DNA of 64,000 nucleotides from Eledone cirrhosa (Eukaryota): NCBI GenBank assembly GCA_964016885.1, contig OZ024763.1, positions 23,002,001 to 23,066,000 of the forward strand, read 5' to 3'. Shown piece by piece: positions 13,153 to 25,310 of this stretch (position 1 is its first letter; each line of letters starts with the position of its first letter). The notes under the pieces were generated by a model. It saw only the letters and a program-made list of their open reading frames with translations, ran no database searches and was not told where the DNA came from. The position numbers and the translations under genes were made by a program.

Positions 13153-13704
13153 ATATCTATTATACTCTTCCTAATCATCATGTCATCCTCTAAACTCCCA
13201 TTCTATCTGACTCCATACACTAATTCATACAGCCACCCCACCAACCTTCATTCATTCATTTATTCATCCAACTAACGAAATTCTATTCTAATCTCTTTAT
13301 CTTGTGTTCCAATTAGTCATGCGTCTCTCTCTCTCTCTCTCTTTCTCCATCTTCATCTCCATTGATATATTTATCATATACTGGCGTATTCTCTCCAAAT
13401 CTCTCTCTCTATATATATATATATCCCTTTCTCTCTCTATATATATATCCCTCTCTCTCTATATATATATATCACTCTCTCTCTCTATATATATATAAAT
13501 ATAATATATATGTGTGTGTGTATATCATAATCGTTTAACGTTCCACGCTAACACAGAGAGAGAGAGAGAGATATATATATATAGAGAGATACTGTTTATA
13601 AGTGCAGGGTACTTTGAGTTCTAATCTCGCCGAATTGCATAATTACAAGTCACAATTTCTAAATACCCTACACATACATACTACACACATACATATATAT
13701 ACAT

Positions 13705-13742
<38 letters not shown>

Positions 13743-14127
13743 CACATTTTATTTATTAAATATGGAAATCCATATTTAATAATACACATTTTATGCAGTA
13801 CTTTTGACTGTATTTACTACCGTATTCTGTCGTTCCCGACTGTCAACGCCCAAGAAAGTCCAAACACCTGCACCCACTTTTAATATATATACACGACTTC
13901 TTCCTCGCTTCCTTACACGCCGTAGTACTAAATTATATACAGTTAATTACAGTAGAAAGCTTTTGTTTTGCTGTAGTGTAGTGTTTTGAGAGTAATATAT
14001 TATTATTTATTTTACACTGGATACCAAACCAAACCAAACAACACGATTGAAGAGAAGACGGACAGACAGAGAAAAAAGAGATTAAAACCGCACAGAAAAT
14101 ATATAAATATACATATATATATATATA

Positions 14128-14244
14128 CAGGTACAATTCCGTTATAACGAATTTTCTTTTTCAATTCCCGGACACACTTTCGATTTTTCATTACAACTAA
14201 TTTTTTTTATACCTCGTAAATTTCGTTATAACAGAATTTCACTG
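14128..14244. mobile_element. Tc1/mariner(pogo)-type MITE
   Basis: TA-cag..aattccgttataacgaa / ttcgttataacagaatttcactg-TA terminal inverted repeats. Confidence 0.75.
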
Positions 14245-14250
14245 TATATA

Positions 14251-14291
<41 letters not shown>

Positions 14292-14305
14292 AAACATTTT
14301 GGACA

Positions 14306-14743
14306 ATGAATATATTTATATGTGCTTTTCTTATCTCCGTCCAGCCCTTTGAATCATATCCACTGGGCAGCATCTTGCGGTTTGACAGAGGAAGTTACGA
14401 CCATTATGCAATATACGTGGGGCTAGGACGGGTGATACACTACAGTGGAGAGGCGGATATCAAAACACAACACGAGGCGAAGGTCCGACTGGACACTGTG
14501 CAAGATGTGGCTGGCAATAGTCCGGTGACGGTAGAGAACAGCCACGACGAAGAAGCCGACCCTTACGGCAAGTGCGAGATCGTAAGAAGGGCGGAATCGA
14601 GGATCGGAGAATACAACTACAGCCTTTTGAGCAACAATTGTGAGCATTTCGTGAACTGGTGTCGCTATGGTAAGCACTTCAGTTCTCAGGTTGACTACAA
14701 GCTTAAAACGGCGACCAGGTATGTGATGAGGGCCGAACTATAG
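14306..14743 (+). CDS. LRAT/PLAAT (HRASLS-like, permuted NlpC/P60) domain protein; either single-exon from ATG 14306 or a terminal exon starting at 14345
   Basis: H-box YDHYAIYVG, second His in VIHY, catalytic NCEHFVNWCRYG followed by S.QV; no stops; CpG-retaining. Pyrimidine tract plus CAG at 14325-14344. Confidence 0.9.
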   Translation: MNIFICAFLISVQPFESYPLGSILRFDRGSYDHYAIYVGLGRVIHYSGEADIKTQHEAKVRLDTVQDVAGNSPVTVENSHDEEADPYGKCEIVRRAESRIGEYNYSLLSNNCEHFVNWCRYGKHFSSQVDYKLKTATRYVMRAEL

Positions 14744-14894
14744 CCGACAATAACAACAACAGCAACGACAACAATTATAAATATCATCTCCAATAGAAGA
14801 TACTTCCATGTTGTCACAGAACACCACAATAACACGTGTATTCTATTTTGAATGTTTATAAAGCTTTTATATATATACACGTACACTAATACAC

Positions 14895-14925
<31 letters not shown>

Positions 14926-14935
14926 TAATACACAT

Positions 14936-14970
<35 letters not shown>

Positions 14971-15168
14971 ATACACATTATATATATATATATATATATA
15001 TATACATACACACACACTAATACACACACATATATATATATATATATACAAATACAGACTAATACAAATTATATATATATATATACACACACTAATACTA
15101 TATATATATACATACACACACACACACTAATACACATTATATATAAACGCACACAGACTAATACACAT

Positions 15169-15200
<32 letters not shown>

Positions 15201-15302
15201 AATACACATTGGTTAACTTTGCCTTTCATCCTTTCTGAGTCGATAAAATAAAGTACCAGTAATACACTGGTTTATTGCTGGCCTTGTGCCAAATGTAGAA
15301 AC

Positions 15303-15348
<46 letters not shown>

Positions 15349-15396
15349 TAATATACATTATATATACTCACATACACACTATATATATCTATGTTA

Positions 15397-15455
15397 ACCC
15401 GGGTTCAATCGGTGGTAACCATAATTCTAGTCCTGTAGAAGCCATTTCTATATTA
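15397..15455. mobile_element. Minimal pLTR fold-back (family B): inverted tail end joined to hammerhead 3' half
   Basis: cccgggttcaatcgg..gtaacc plus ttctagtcctgtagaagccatttctatatta; both pieces occur in 31219-31345. Confidence 0.7.
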
Positions 15456-15615
15456 TATATATATGCACACACAAATACACCTTATATAATATATATATAC
15501 ACTGTATATAATATATATATACACACTCTCACACTACACTTTGATCTTACCCAAAAGACCGAGAAGCGATATATATATATATTTAATTACATAATAAACA
15601 ACACAATATAATTAT

Positions 15616-15684
15616 TCCATTACCAAAGGTTTCAGGAAACTAGACGATCTTTACAGAAACGTCTAGTTCGTTCATCAGATGTCT
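15616..15684 (-). ncRNA. Type I hammerhead ribozyme, paralog of 9990-10057, within pLTR fragment 15580-15830
   Basis: Reverse complement: cat-CTGATGA-ac-gaactagacg...cgtctagttt-cct-GAAA-cctttgg-TA-atg; stem I short. Confidence 0.7.
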
Positions 15685-15832
15685 TGTGTTCAGCATCGCC
15701 ATCACCCGTGTGCTGGCTTGCCTCAACAATCATTAGAGAGGTTTCCCAGTACTCCTCGCGATGCTGCTGTCTTTTGCTCTGGTGTTGGCTCGGCTGTTCA
15801 CTCCTTCCTTTACATTTTCTTTAATATTATTT

Positions 15833-17300
15833 CTATCGGTAGAGGGCCGGACGCCATGCTTTCCAGCATAGTTACATCCCTTTACGATCTGAGTTCAAAT
15901 CCCGCCGAGGTTGACTTTGCCTTTCGTCCTTACGGGGTCGATAAAATAAAGTACCAGTAAGGCACTGGGTAATTGCTGGCCTTGTGCCTAAAGTAGAAAC
16001 AATTATTTCTACCTTTGGCACAAGGCCAGCAATTATCCTAGTGTATTACTGGTACTTTATTTTATCGACCCCGTAAGGACGAAAGGCAAAGTTAACCTCG
16101 GCGGGATTTGAACCCAGACCAACATTAAAAGAATATATCTTTCTGAATGAATCGCGAGCTATTTATAATGTTATCGAAGCATTTGTAATGTTATTTATGT
16201 ATATATTTAAAACATATTTGTTATGTTATTCTATTGTAAATTTATTTATATGCTCTGTTTATATTTTCATTCTGAAAGAATTGCAAACGATTTGTAATGT
16301 TATTGTATCATTGGCAGTATCGCTAGAGTCGTACACCATGCTTTGAAGCATAGAGTTACGTCCCTTTATGATCTGAGTTCAAATCCCGCCGAGGTTAACT
16401 TTGCCTTTCATCCTTACGGGGTCGATAAAATAAAGTACCAGTAATGTACTGGATAGTTGCTGGCCTTGTGCCTAAAGTAGAAACAATTATATTTATTTTT
16501 ATACATCTGTGAATAAAACAAATATACACTTTGTATGAACGTGTGTGTGTGTGTATGTATGTATGACTAAACAACATTACGCTTGTAAAATGACACCAAA
16601 AAGATTAACTTTGCTCCAACATTTATGGAACTCTCCACCAATATACAATCATCGTTTATATAATATATTATATAAGCCTTATATAATATATATTTATATA
16701 TTTTTTATCGTTGATTTAGTCAACACATTTTTATTTAATTGCGCTGTAAACAGACCTGCCAACCTCTAAAAACACAAACGAGGAGTACCATGAAAACAAA
16801 GTGCTCCAAAACGGAGAGAAATGAAGCAAAAATTGACATAATAAAAGCTATACCCGTTTTTACAAGAGGAGATACAAGATGTCCCCGTCGAACGAGGAGG
16901 GTTGACAGGTCTGTGAATTGGCAGAATCGGTAGAGGGTCGGACGCTATGCTTTGACGCATAGAGTTACGGCCCTTGCCATTCTGAGTTCAAATCCCGCCG
17001 AGGTTAACTTTGCCTTTCATCCTTACGGGGTCGATAAAATAAAGTACCAGTAATGTACTGGGTAATTGCTGGTCTTGTGCCAATAGTAGAAACAATTATT
17101 TAATAGGGCGGTGGATTGGCAGTATCGGTAGAGGGTCGGATGCCATGCTTTGAAGCATAGAGTTACGTTCCTTTATGATCTGAGTTCAAATCCCGCCGAG
17201 GTTGACTTTACCTTTCATCCTTACAGGGTTGATAAAATAAAGTACCAGTAATGCACTGGGTAATTGCTGGCCTTGTGCCAAAAGTAGAGTAGAAAAAATT
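15833..17300. mobile_element. Cluster of tRNA-derived SINE copies (15833-16003 +, 16003-16118 -, 16311-16490 +, 16915-17100 +, 17105-17300 +)
   Basis: A-box-like tggcagtatcgg, B-box gagttcaaatcc, body gaggttaactttgcctttcatccttacggggtcgataaaataaagtaccagt, AT-rich tail. Confidence 0.9.
16751..16913. mobile_element. MITE (hAT-like TIRs)
   Basis: cagacctgccaacc ... ggttgacaggtctg; no clear TSD. Confidence 0.65.
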
Positions 17301-17470
17301 ATTTTGTAAACCAAGGCAGAAATAAAAAAACAACAAAATACCCCCCCCCCCAAGCTACAAAACATTGTGATTCTCAGAGACCTCCACTCCTGCTGGCAAT
17401 CTCAGCCTTCCTTAATTCCTCCCCTATCTAAAGCCGTGTTTACTACAGCTGGATGCCCTTCCTGACACCA

Positions 17471-17502
<32 letters not shown>

Positions 17503-17524
17503 TCCCGCCTCACGGAGTTCTCCC

Positions 17525-17560
17525 TCTCCTGATGAAGGACTTATGTCTGAAACGTCATAA
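17525..17560 (+). ncRNA. Minimal hammerhead-like motif
   Basis: ctgatga-a-ggac ttat gtct-gaaa-cgtc with palindromic acgt; stem I not paired. Confidence 0.45.
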
Positions 17561-17654
17561 ACAACACACTTCCACACTCACCAAGCGTGAAGCTAATAAC
17601 ACCATCTACCATTTACTCCTGTGTTTAGTTATTTATTTCGAACTATATATATAT

Positions 17655-17890
17655 ATCATCATCATCATCATCATCATTTAACGTCTATCTTCCCCGCTAG
17701 CATGGGTTAGACGGGAATTGTCCCACTTGAAGCAAGGTTGGTCGGGTGACCGTGTCTCGCTCGTATAGGACTATCTGGCAGGTTTTCTACTGCTGGATGC
17801 CCTTCCTAACACCAACCACATTTACAGTGTGGACTGGGAACTTTTTACCGTGTCACCTACACGGCCACATTACAGCGTGAACTGTGTTTG
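17655..17890 (-). mobile_element. RTE 3' UTR with (GAT)n tail
   Basis: Matches 49410-49640. Confidence 0.8.
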
Positions 17891-18208
17891 TTTTTTTTAT
17901 ATATATATATATCACCCCCTCTTCATTATAATGCTCCCCCCACCTATCACACATACCAAAACATTCCTTCTAACAAAAGCACCAATCAAAACAAACTTTA
18001 ACTGACCACCATAAATAAATATGAATCATTATATACTATTTCAAAGTCCTAAGGGGTTCATTGTGTTATTACCACAGCAGAAGTCTGACGAGCTTTTGAG
18101 TCCAGAGTCGGGCCAGGTCGATACAGATCGAACCTTGAGCTGATCAATAGCAAAACAAGTGTCACCACTCATACTCAATAAACGTAATGAAGACATAACA
18201 AATCTTTT

Positions 18209-18240
<32 letters not shown>

Positions 18241-18241
<1 letters not shown>

Positions 18242-18425
18242 GGTGGATTGTCAGTATCAGTAGAGCGTCGAACACATGCTTTGCAGCATAGAGTTATGGC
18301 CCTTTATGGTTTGAGTTCAAATCCCACCGAGGTTAACTTTGCCTTTCATCCTTACAGGGTCGATAAAATAAAGTACCAGTAATGCACTGGGATAATTGTG
18401 ACCTTGTGCCAAACGTAGAAACAAT
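18241..18425 (+). mobile_element. tRNA-derived SINE copy (others at 21299-21465, 24332-24500; partials at 15210, 22074, 25200-, 30845-, 60655; older copies 7880-, 53970-)
   Basis: Same A/B boxes and body as the 15.8-17.3 kb cluster. Confidence 0.88.
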
Positions 18426-18428
18426 TAT

Positions 18429-18463
<35 letters not shown>

Positions 18464-18812
18464 TACGCGCAACTCAATTTTAAGTAATGCCGTCGCTTGA
18501 TACTTAAGCATGAGCATCATGGATGTGGCTTTTTGGTCCTGCTAGGGACTTACCTATGGCCAGCAATACCATGTATCGCATCGCAAAAAATGTCACATCT
18601 CAAGCGGTTCCTGTGCTTGAAGCTTTTTATATATATATACAATTCAATGCAAGATCTGGGAAATTGAACACAAACTTCAGATTCTCTGCTTTATAAATGA
18701 AATGTCCACATGTACCGATTAATACAGAAACATTTTGTAAAATCAAAAGATAAATATATTTATATGAAAAATAAAACTTGTAAAACCAATGTTGTTTTCT
18801 CTTATTTCTTAA

Positions 18813-20067
18813 CCCTTTAGCATTTAAACTGGCCGTATCCGGTCAGAACACTCTTGCCTCTTTCTGTTCAAACTAGTCGTATCCGGTCAGAACACTCTCA
18901 CCTCTTTCTGTTCAAACTGGCTGTAACCGGTCAGAATTCTCTCACCTCTTTCTGTTCAAACTGGTTGTGACCGAGCAGAATTCTCCACCTCTTTCTGTTC
19001 AAACTGGTTGTGACCGACCAGAATTCTCTCACCTCTTTCTGTTCAAACTAGTTGTGACAGGCCAGATTCTCTCAGCTCTTTCTATTCAAACTGGCTGTAA
19101 CTGGCTAGAATTCTCTCACCTCTTTCTGTTCAAACTGGTTGTGACAGGCCAGATTCTCTCAGCTCTTTCTATTCAAACTGGCTGTAACTGGCTAGAATTC
19201 TCTCACCTCTTTCTGTTCAAACTGGTTGTGACAGGCCAGATTCTCTCAGCTCTTTCTGTTTAAACTGGCTGTAACTGGCTAGAATTCTCTCACCTCTTTC
19301 TGTTCAAACTGGCTGTAACTGGCTAGAATTCTCTCACCTCTTTCTGTTCAAACTGGCTGTAATTGGCTAGAATTCTCTCACCTTTTTCTGTTCAAACTGG
19401 TTGTGACAGGCCAGATTCTCTCAGCTCTTTCTATTCAAACTGGCTAGAATTCTCTCACCTCTTTCTGTTCAAACTGGCTGTAACAGGCCAGAATTCTCTC
19501 ACCTCTTTCTGTTCAAACTGGTTGTGACCGACCAGAATTCTCTCACCTCTTTCTGTTCAAACTGGTTGTGACCGACCAGAATTCTCTCACCTCTTTCTGT
19601 TCAAACTGGTTGTGACAGGCCAGATTCTCTCAGCTCTTTCTATTCAAACTGGCTGTAACTGGCTAGAATTCTCTCACCTCTTTCTGTTCAAACTGGTTGT
19701 GACAGGCCAGATTCTCTCAGCTCTTTCTATTCAAACTGGCTGTAACTGGCTAGAATTCTCTCACCTCTTTCTGTTCAAACTGGCTGTAACAGGCCAGAAT
19801 TCTCACCTATTTCTGTTCAAACTGGCTGTAACTGGCTAGAATTCTCTCACCTCTTTCTGTTCAAACTGGCCGTAACCGACCAGAATTCTCTCACCTCTTT
19901 TCATTCAAACTGGTCACTCATTCTGATGTTAAGGTATTGTTCTCAAAAGAAATAACATCAAAATCTCATAGATTTGATATTATGTGAGATATTTATATAA
20001 GATAAAGTCTTTACTGTGAAAATACAATAGTAAATAGTAAATATAGAGTAATGTAAATGTTAAAGGG
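18813..20067 (+). mobile_element. Non-autonomous piggyBac-type element (MITE), copy 1
   Basis: TTAA (18809-18812), ccctttagcattta ... taaatgttaaaggg, TTAA (20068-20071); 13/14 TIR match. Confidence 0.88.
18826..19915. repeat. 44-bp tandem repeat (about 25 units, with 43+44=87-bp dimer) inside piggyBac MITE
   Basis: Unit aaactggctgtaactggctagaattctctcacctctttctgttc; present about once in copy 2 (41125-41180). Confidence 0.93.
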
Positions 20068-20130
20068 TTAAAACAAACCTTAATTTAGTCAGTCATATCT
20101 ACAGCAGTACTGTCAGGGTAAAGACCTCCT

Positions 20131-20188
20131 TTCAAAAATAGATACCTTATAATATGATTAATCATATTATAAGGTATCTATTTTTGAA
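20131..20188. repeat. Perfect 58-bp spacerless palindrome
   Basis: ttcaaaaatagataccttataatatgatt|aatcatattataaggtatctatttttgaa. Confidence 0.95.
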
Positions 20189-20298
20189 GTTCTGGTTAAC
20201 TTTATTTAGTTACCTACCTAGCTATGTGTGCTTACACACTTGTAAACATTATCTCCTGTGATTATTCATGTTTATTTATATGTTAATAAATTTCTAGT

Positions 20299-20355
<57 letters not shown>

Positions 20356-20521
20356 AAAGAAAAGAGGTAATCTTCATAGAAAACAAAAAACTAGTTCAAT
20401 TAATTTCATTGTTTAACAAATGTTATTTTTCCCACAATTTCAGACTTAAATCTCCCACAATCTCACTGTCATGGTGAAGGAACTAATATGGCCATCAAAA
20501 CACCTTTGACACTAATTAAAA

Positions 20522-21015
20522 AATATATATATGTGTGTGTATATATATATGTATGTGTATATATATATGTATGTGTATGTATATATGTGTATATATATAT
20601 ATATATGTGTGTGTATATGTATGTATATATGTGTATATGTATATATGTGTGTGTGTGTGTATGTGTGTATATATATATGTATGTATATATATATATGTGT
20701 GTGTGTATATATATGTATGTATATATATGTGTGTGTGTATATATATGTATGTATATATATATATATATGTGTATGTATATATGTATGTGTGTATATATAT
20801 GTATATATATATATATATATGTGTGTATATATATATGTTTGTGTGTATATATATATGTTTGTGTGTATATATATGTTTGTGTATATATATATATATATGT
20901 ATGTATGTATATATGTGTGTGTGTATATATATATGTGTGTATATATATATGTTTGTGTATATATATATATGTTTGTGTGTATATATATATGTGTGTGTGT
21001 GTATATATACATATA
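20522..21015. repeat. Compound (TA)/(TG) microsatellite
   Basis: Direct reading; similar tracts at 14870-15210, 30935-31220, 57940-58490, 58740-58870. Confidence 0.95.
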
Positions 21016-21529
21016 TAAATATAAATTTATTGGATTGTAACATAAATTCATGCCGTTGTTATAACACTTCTTAATAACAAAAACGGTGAGAAGTTATGTT
21101 GCAACCCAATATATGTATGTGGTGGTGTGACAGGAAGTGAGATAAACATGCTTTAGTCCTGACACATGTTTACTATATCCTGGGGCACCGCTGGTGCATT
21201 ACTGCTGGTTCCTGGTGCACCCCTGCTGCATTCAGTTCCTGGTGTAAATTTATATAGATATATTTATATTTATGTGTATATATATATATATGTCTTATTA
21301 GTAGAGGGTCGGATGCCATGCTTTGACGCATAGAGTTACGGCCCTTTCCATTCCGAGTTCAAATCGCACTGAGGTTAACTTTGTCTTTCATCATTACAGG
21401 GTCGATAAAATAAAGTACCAGTAATGCACTGGGTAATTGCTGGCCTTGTGCCCAAAAGTAGAAACAAAATATATATATAGACACACATACATATATGAAT
21501 ATATTTATGTGTATATATATATATAGCAT

Positions 21530-21835
21530 GAATGTGTTGAGAGCGAAACTGTATCTGAGAGAGGAGACTGAGGTGGTATGGACATGTGATGCGCATGGAG
21601 GATGACCGACGGGTGAAGAAGTGCCAGGAAATGCCAGTTGAAGAAAGACGTGCTAGAGGTAAGCCACGAAAAACATGGGCGGAGGTGGTGAGAACAGACC
21701 TCAGATCATTGAAGCTCATGGTGGAGATGACGAAGGACCGTGACAAGTGGAGAGATGCTGTGCTGAATAAGACCCGTCCCACCCTTGCAAGCAGGGAAAA
21801 GCGGACGTAAAATGATGATGATGATGATGATGATA
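21530..21835 (+). mobile_element. RTE-clade LINE 3' end with (GAT)n tail
   Basis: Encodes ERRLRWYGHVMRMED...RGKPRKTW. Confidence 0.85.
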
Positions 21836-21871
21836 TATGTATTATTATCATTTTACATCTGTTTTCTTTAA

Positions 21872-22075
21872 AGGCATGTGGCCTAGAAGTAAGGGTGTTG
21901 GACTTAACATCATAATGTTGTGGGTTTGATTCTTGGACTTTGTGTTGTGTTCTTGAGCAAAGCACTGCAGTTCACATTGCTCCACTATATCAGTTGAAAA
22001 TGAGCACCAGCAATAGCCGTGATAGACTGGCATCCTGTCCAGGGGGAAGTCTTGTTCTCTCAGTTGCTTCACATC
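21872..22075 (+). mobile_element. Second, older tRNA-derived SINE family
   Basis: tggcctagaagt A-box-like, gggtttgattc B-box-like, central gtgttcttgagcaaagcact. Confidence 0.6.
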
Positions 22076-22237
22076 CTTACAGGGTCGATAAAATAAAGTA
22101 CCAGTAATACACTGGGATTATTGCTGGCCTTGTGCCAAAAGTAGAAACAATTATTATATATATAGACACACATACATACATACATATATTTATATATTTA
22201 TGTGTATATGTATTATTATATATATATATAGACACAT

Positions 22238-22885
22238 TGAGTTCAAATCCCGCCGAGGTTAACTTTGCCTTTCATCCTTACGGGGTCGATAAAATAAAGT
22301 ACCAGTAATGTACTGGGTAATTTCTGGCCTTGTGCCAATAGTAGAAACAATTATATATATATAGACACACATACATACATATATGTATATATTTATGTGA
22401 ATATATATATGTATTATTATATATATATAGGGCGGTGGATTGGCAGTACCGGTAGAGGGTCGGACGCCATGCTTTGACGCATAGAGTTACGGCCCTTGCC
22501 ATTCTGAGTTCAAATCCCGCCGAGGTTAACTTTGCCTTTCATCCTTACGGGGTCGATAAAATAAAGTACCAGTAATGTACTGGGTAATTTCTGGCCTTGT
22601 GCCAATAGTAGAAACAATTATATATATATAGACACACATACATACATATATGTATATATTTATGTGAATATATATATGTATTATTATATATATATAGGGC
22701 GGTGGATTGGCAGTACCGGTAGAGGGTCGGACGCCATGCTTTGACGCATAGAGTTACGGCCCTTGCCATTCTGAGTTCAAATCCCGCCGAGGTTAACTTT
22801 GCCTTTCATCCTTACGGGGTCGATAAAATAAAGTACCAGTAATGCACTGGTTAATTGCTGGCCTTGTGCCAAAAGTAGAAACAAT
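22238..22885 (+). repeat. Tandem duplication of SINE plus AT-rich tail (267-bp period)
   Basis: Identical ORF-track peptides at 22278 and 22545 (offset 267). Confidence 0.92.
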
Positions 22886-22889
22886 TATA

Positions 22890-23890
22890 TATATATAGAC
22901 ACACATACACACATATATGTATATATTTATGTGAATATATATGTATTATTATATATATATAGACACACATACATACATATATGTATATATTTATGTGAAT
23001 ATATATGTATTATTATATATGTATATATTTATGTGAATATATATGTATTATTATATATACATAGACACACATACATACATATATGTATATATTTATGTGA
23101 ATATATATGTATTATTATATATATATAGACACACATACATACATATATGTATATATTTATGTGAATATATATGTATTATTATATATATATAGACACACAT
23201 ACATACATATATGTATATATTTATGTGAATATATATATGTATTATTATATATATATAGACACACATACATACATATATGTATATATTTACGTACATATAT
23301 ATATATGTATTATTATATATATATAGACACACATACACACATATATGTATATATTTATGTACATATATATGTATTATTATATATATATAGACACACATAC
23401 ACACATATATGTATATATTTACGTACATATATATGTATTATTATATATATATAGACACACATACACACATATATGTATATATTTATGTACATATATATAT
23501 GTATTATTATATATATATAGACACACATACACACATATATGTATATATTTATGTACATATATATATGTATTATTATATATATATAGACACACATACACAC
23601 ATATATGTATATATTTATGTGAATATATATATGTATTATTATATATATATAGACACACATACACACATATATGTATATATTTATGTGAATATATATATGT
23701 ATTATTATATATATACATAGACACACATACATACATATATGTATATATTTATGTGAATATATATGTATTATTATATATATATAGACACACATACACACAT
23801 ATATGTATATATTTATGTGAATATATATGTATTATTATATATATATAGACACACATACACACATATATGTATATATTTATGTACATATAT
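22890..23890. repeat. About 62-68-bp minisatellite amplified from the SINE tail/flank
   Basis: Unit tagacacacatacacacatatatgtatatatttatgtgaatatatatgtattattatatata; same sequence follows SINE copies at 22150, 22350 and 24500. Confidence 0.88.
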
Positions 23891-24066
23891 ACCGCGATAG
23901 ATTAACGGAGCCATAGACTCTCGTTATTCCCTGTCAATAATGTGCTCAAAGGAAAAGGAATCCTTTTCGCTCCTTACTGCCCTAAACATGCTGTGACATC
24001 TCTCTGCTGCGTGTAGCTGGACGGTCACTTTAGATTCTCTTAGAGTTGTCTGGAATGTATAGTCTT

Positions 24067-24151
24067 GCATACGCTGAAGAACCATGGGCTATTCCATTTC
24101 AGTCAACAACTTCCTGGCGAAACAGATCTCTTTGGATTTGTACACGTGTGT
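24067..24151 (+). ncRNA. Probable type I hammerhead (slightly degenerate) in pLTR-like insert 23890-24300
   Basis: gcatacg-CTGAAGA-acca...tggc-GAAA, stem III acagatc/gatttgt, GUA 24140-24142; stem I partner cgtgtgt offset by 2 nt. Confidence 0.55.
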
Positions 24152-24649
24152 TATATAGTTAAAGAGGTGCGTACATACATTTTAATTTATTGTGTGTCTC
24201 CCCTGCCTTCCATAGAGTATAGACTCCATACACTGGTGGTTTTTGCTGTTTTATTGATGGCACACTATCTCTCTCTAGTGTGTTACCTTTTCAACATATT
24301 GTATGTGTATATATATATGTATTATTATATATAGAGGGTCAGACGCCATGCTTTGACACATAGAGTTACGGCCCTTTCCAGTCTGAGTTCAAATCCCGCC
24401 GAGGTTAACTTTGCCTTTCATCCTTACGGGGTCGATAAAATAAAGTACCAGTAAAGCACTGGGGTAATTACTGGCCTTGTGCCAAAAGTAGAAACAATTA
24501 TTATATATATATAGACACACATACATACATATATGTATATATTTATGTATATATATATATGTATTATAATATATATAGACACACTTACATACATATATGT
24601 ATATATTTATGTATATATATATATCATCATCATCATCATTTCATTTTAC

Positions 24650-25310
24650 GTCCGCAACACGCGCGTAGACGATGCCAGCCGAACAACAGAGCTGCGATGG
24701 AGTTGTTCTGCATGGTTGTCTGTGTATTTTTTAAATTTAAGACAGTAGGGAGGGGTGTGATATAAGGGAGAGTTAGCTGTTGTTTCTAGCAGGTTTAGTG
24801 ACCTCATAGAGGATATGTGTTTTCTAAATTTAAGACAGTAGGGAGTGGTGTGATATGGGGGAGAGTTAGCTGCTGTTTCTAGCAGGTTTAGTGACCTCAT
24901 AGAAGATATGTTTTCTAAATTTAAGACAGTAGAGAGGGGTGTGATATGGGGGAGAGTTAGCTGCTGTTTCTAGCAGGTTTAGTGACCTCATAAAGGATAT
25001 TATTGTTTATCATTATCTATAAAAGGCAGATTGTTGTTGTTGTTGTGTGTGTGCACATGTTCCATGTATATACATTTGCACAATTTCAAACAGATTCGAC
25101 TCAAAGTCTGTTCGTTGAGAGGTTTTAAAAAAGATTTATCGCTTGTTGTTGAATAAATGTATCTGTTGCTTTTGAATAATTGTCGTTTCGTATGAAATGT
25201 AATAATTGTTTCTACTTTTTTGGCACAAGGCCAGCAATTACCCAGTACATTACTGGTACTTTATGTAATAATAAACGTTCTCTCTCTCCCTCTCCCCTCT
25301 CTCTCTCTTC
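24650..25310 (-). repeat. Inverted paralog of Helitron-internal segment 60605-61228; contains three ~87-bp tandem units (24730-25000)
   Basis: Near-identical peptides from 24646..24900(-) and 60978..61376(+); shared SINE fragment and (CT)n. Confidence 0.88.

Noticed and set aside
18967-19839. ORFs in the 44-bp array (and 29700-30257 in the 48-bp array)
   Set aside because: Open only because the 87-bp and 48-bp periods are multiples of three.
20488-23848. Long Y/I/C/V/H/T-rich ORFs (also 30727-31275, 57890-58932)
   Set aside because: Translations of (TA)/(TG) microsatellites.
15833-24500. tRNA genes suggested by A/B boxes
   Set aside because: No cloverleaf; the boxes are heads of a dispersed SINE.
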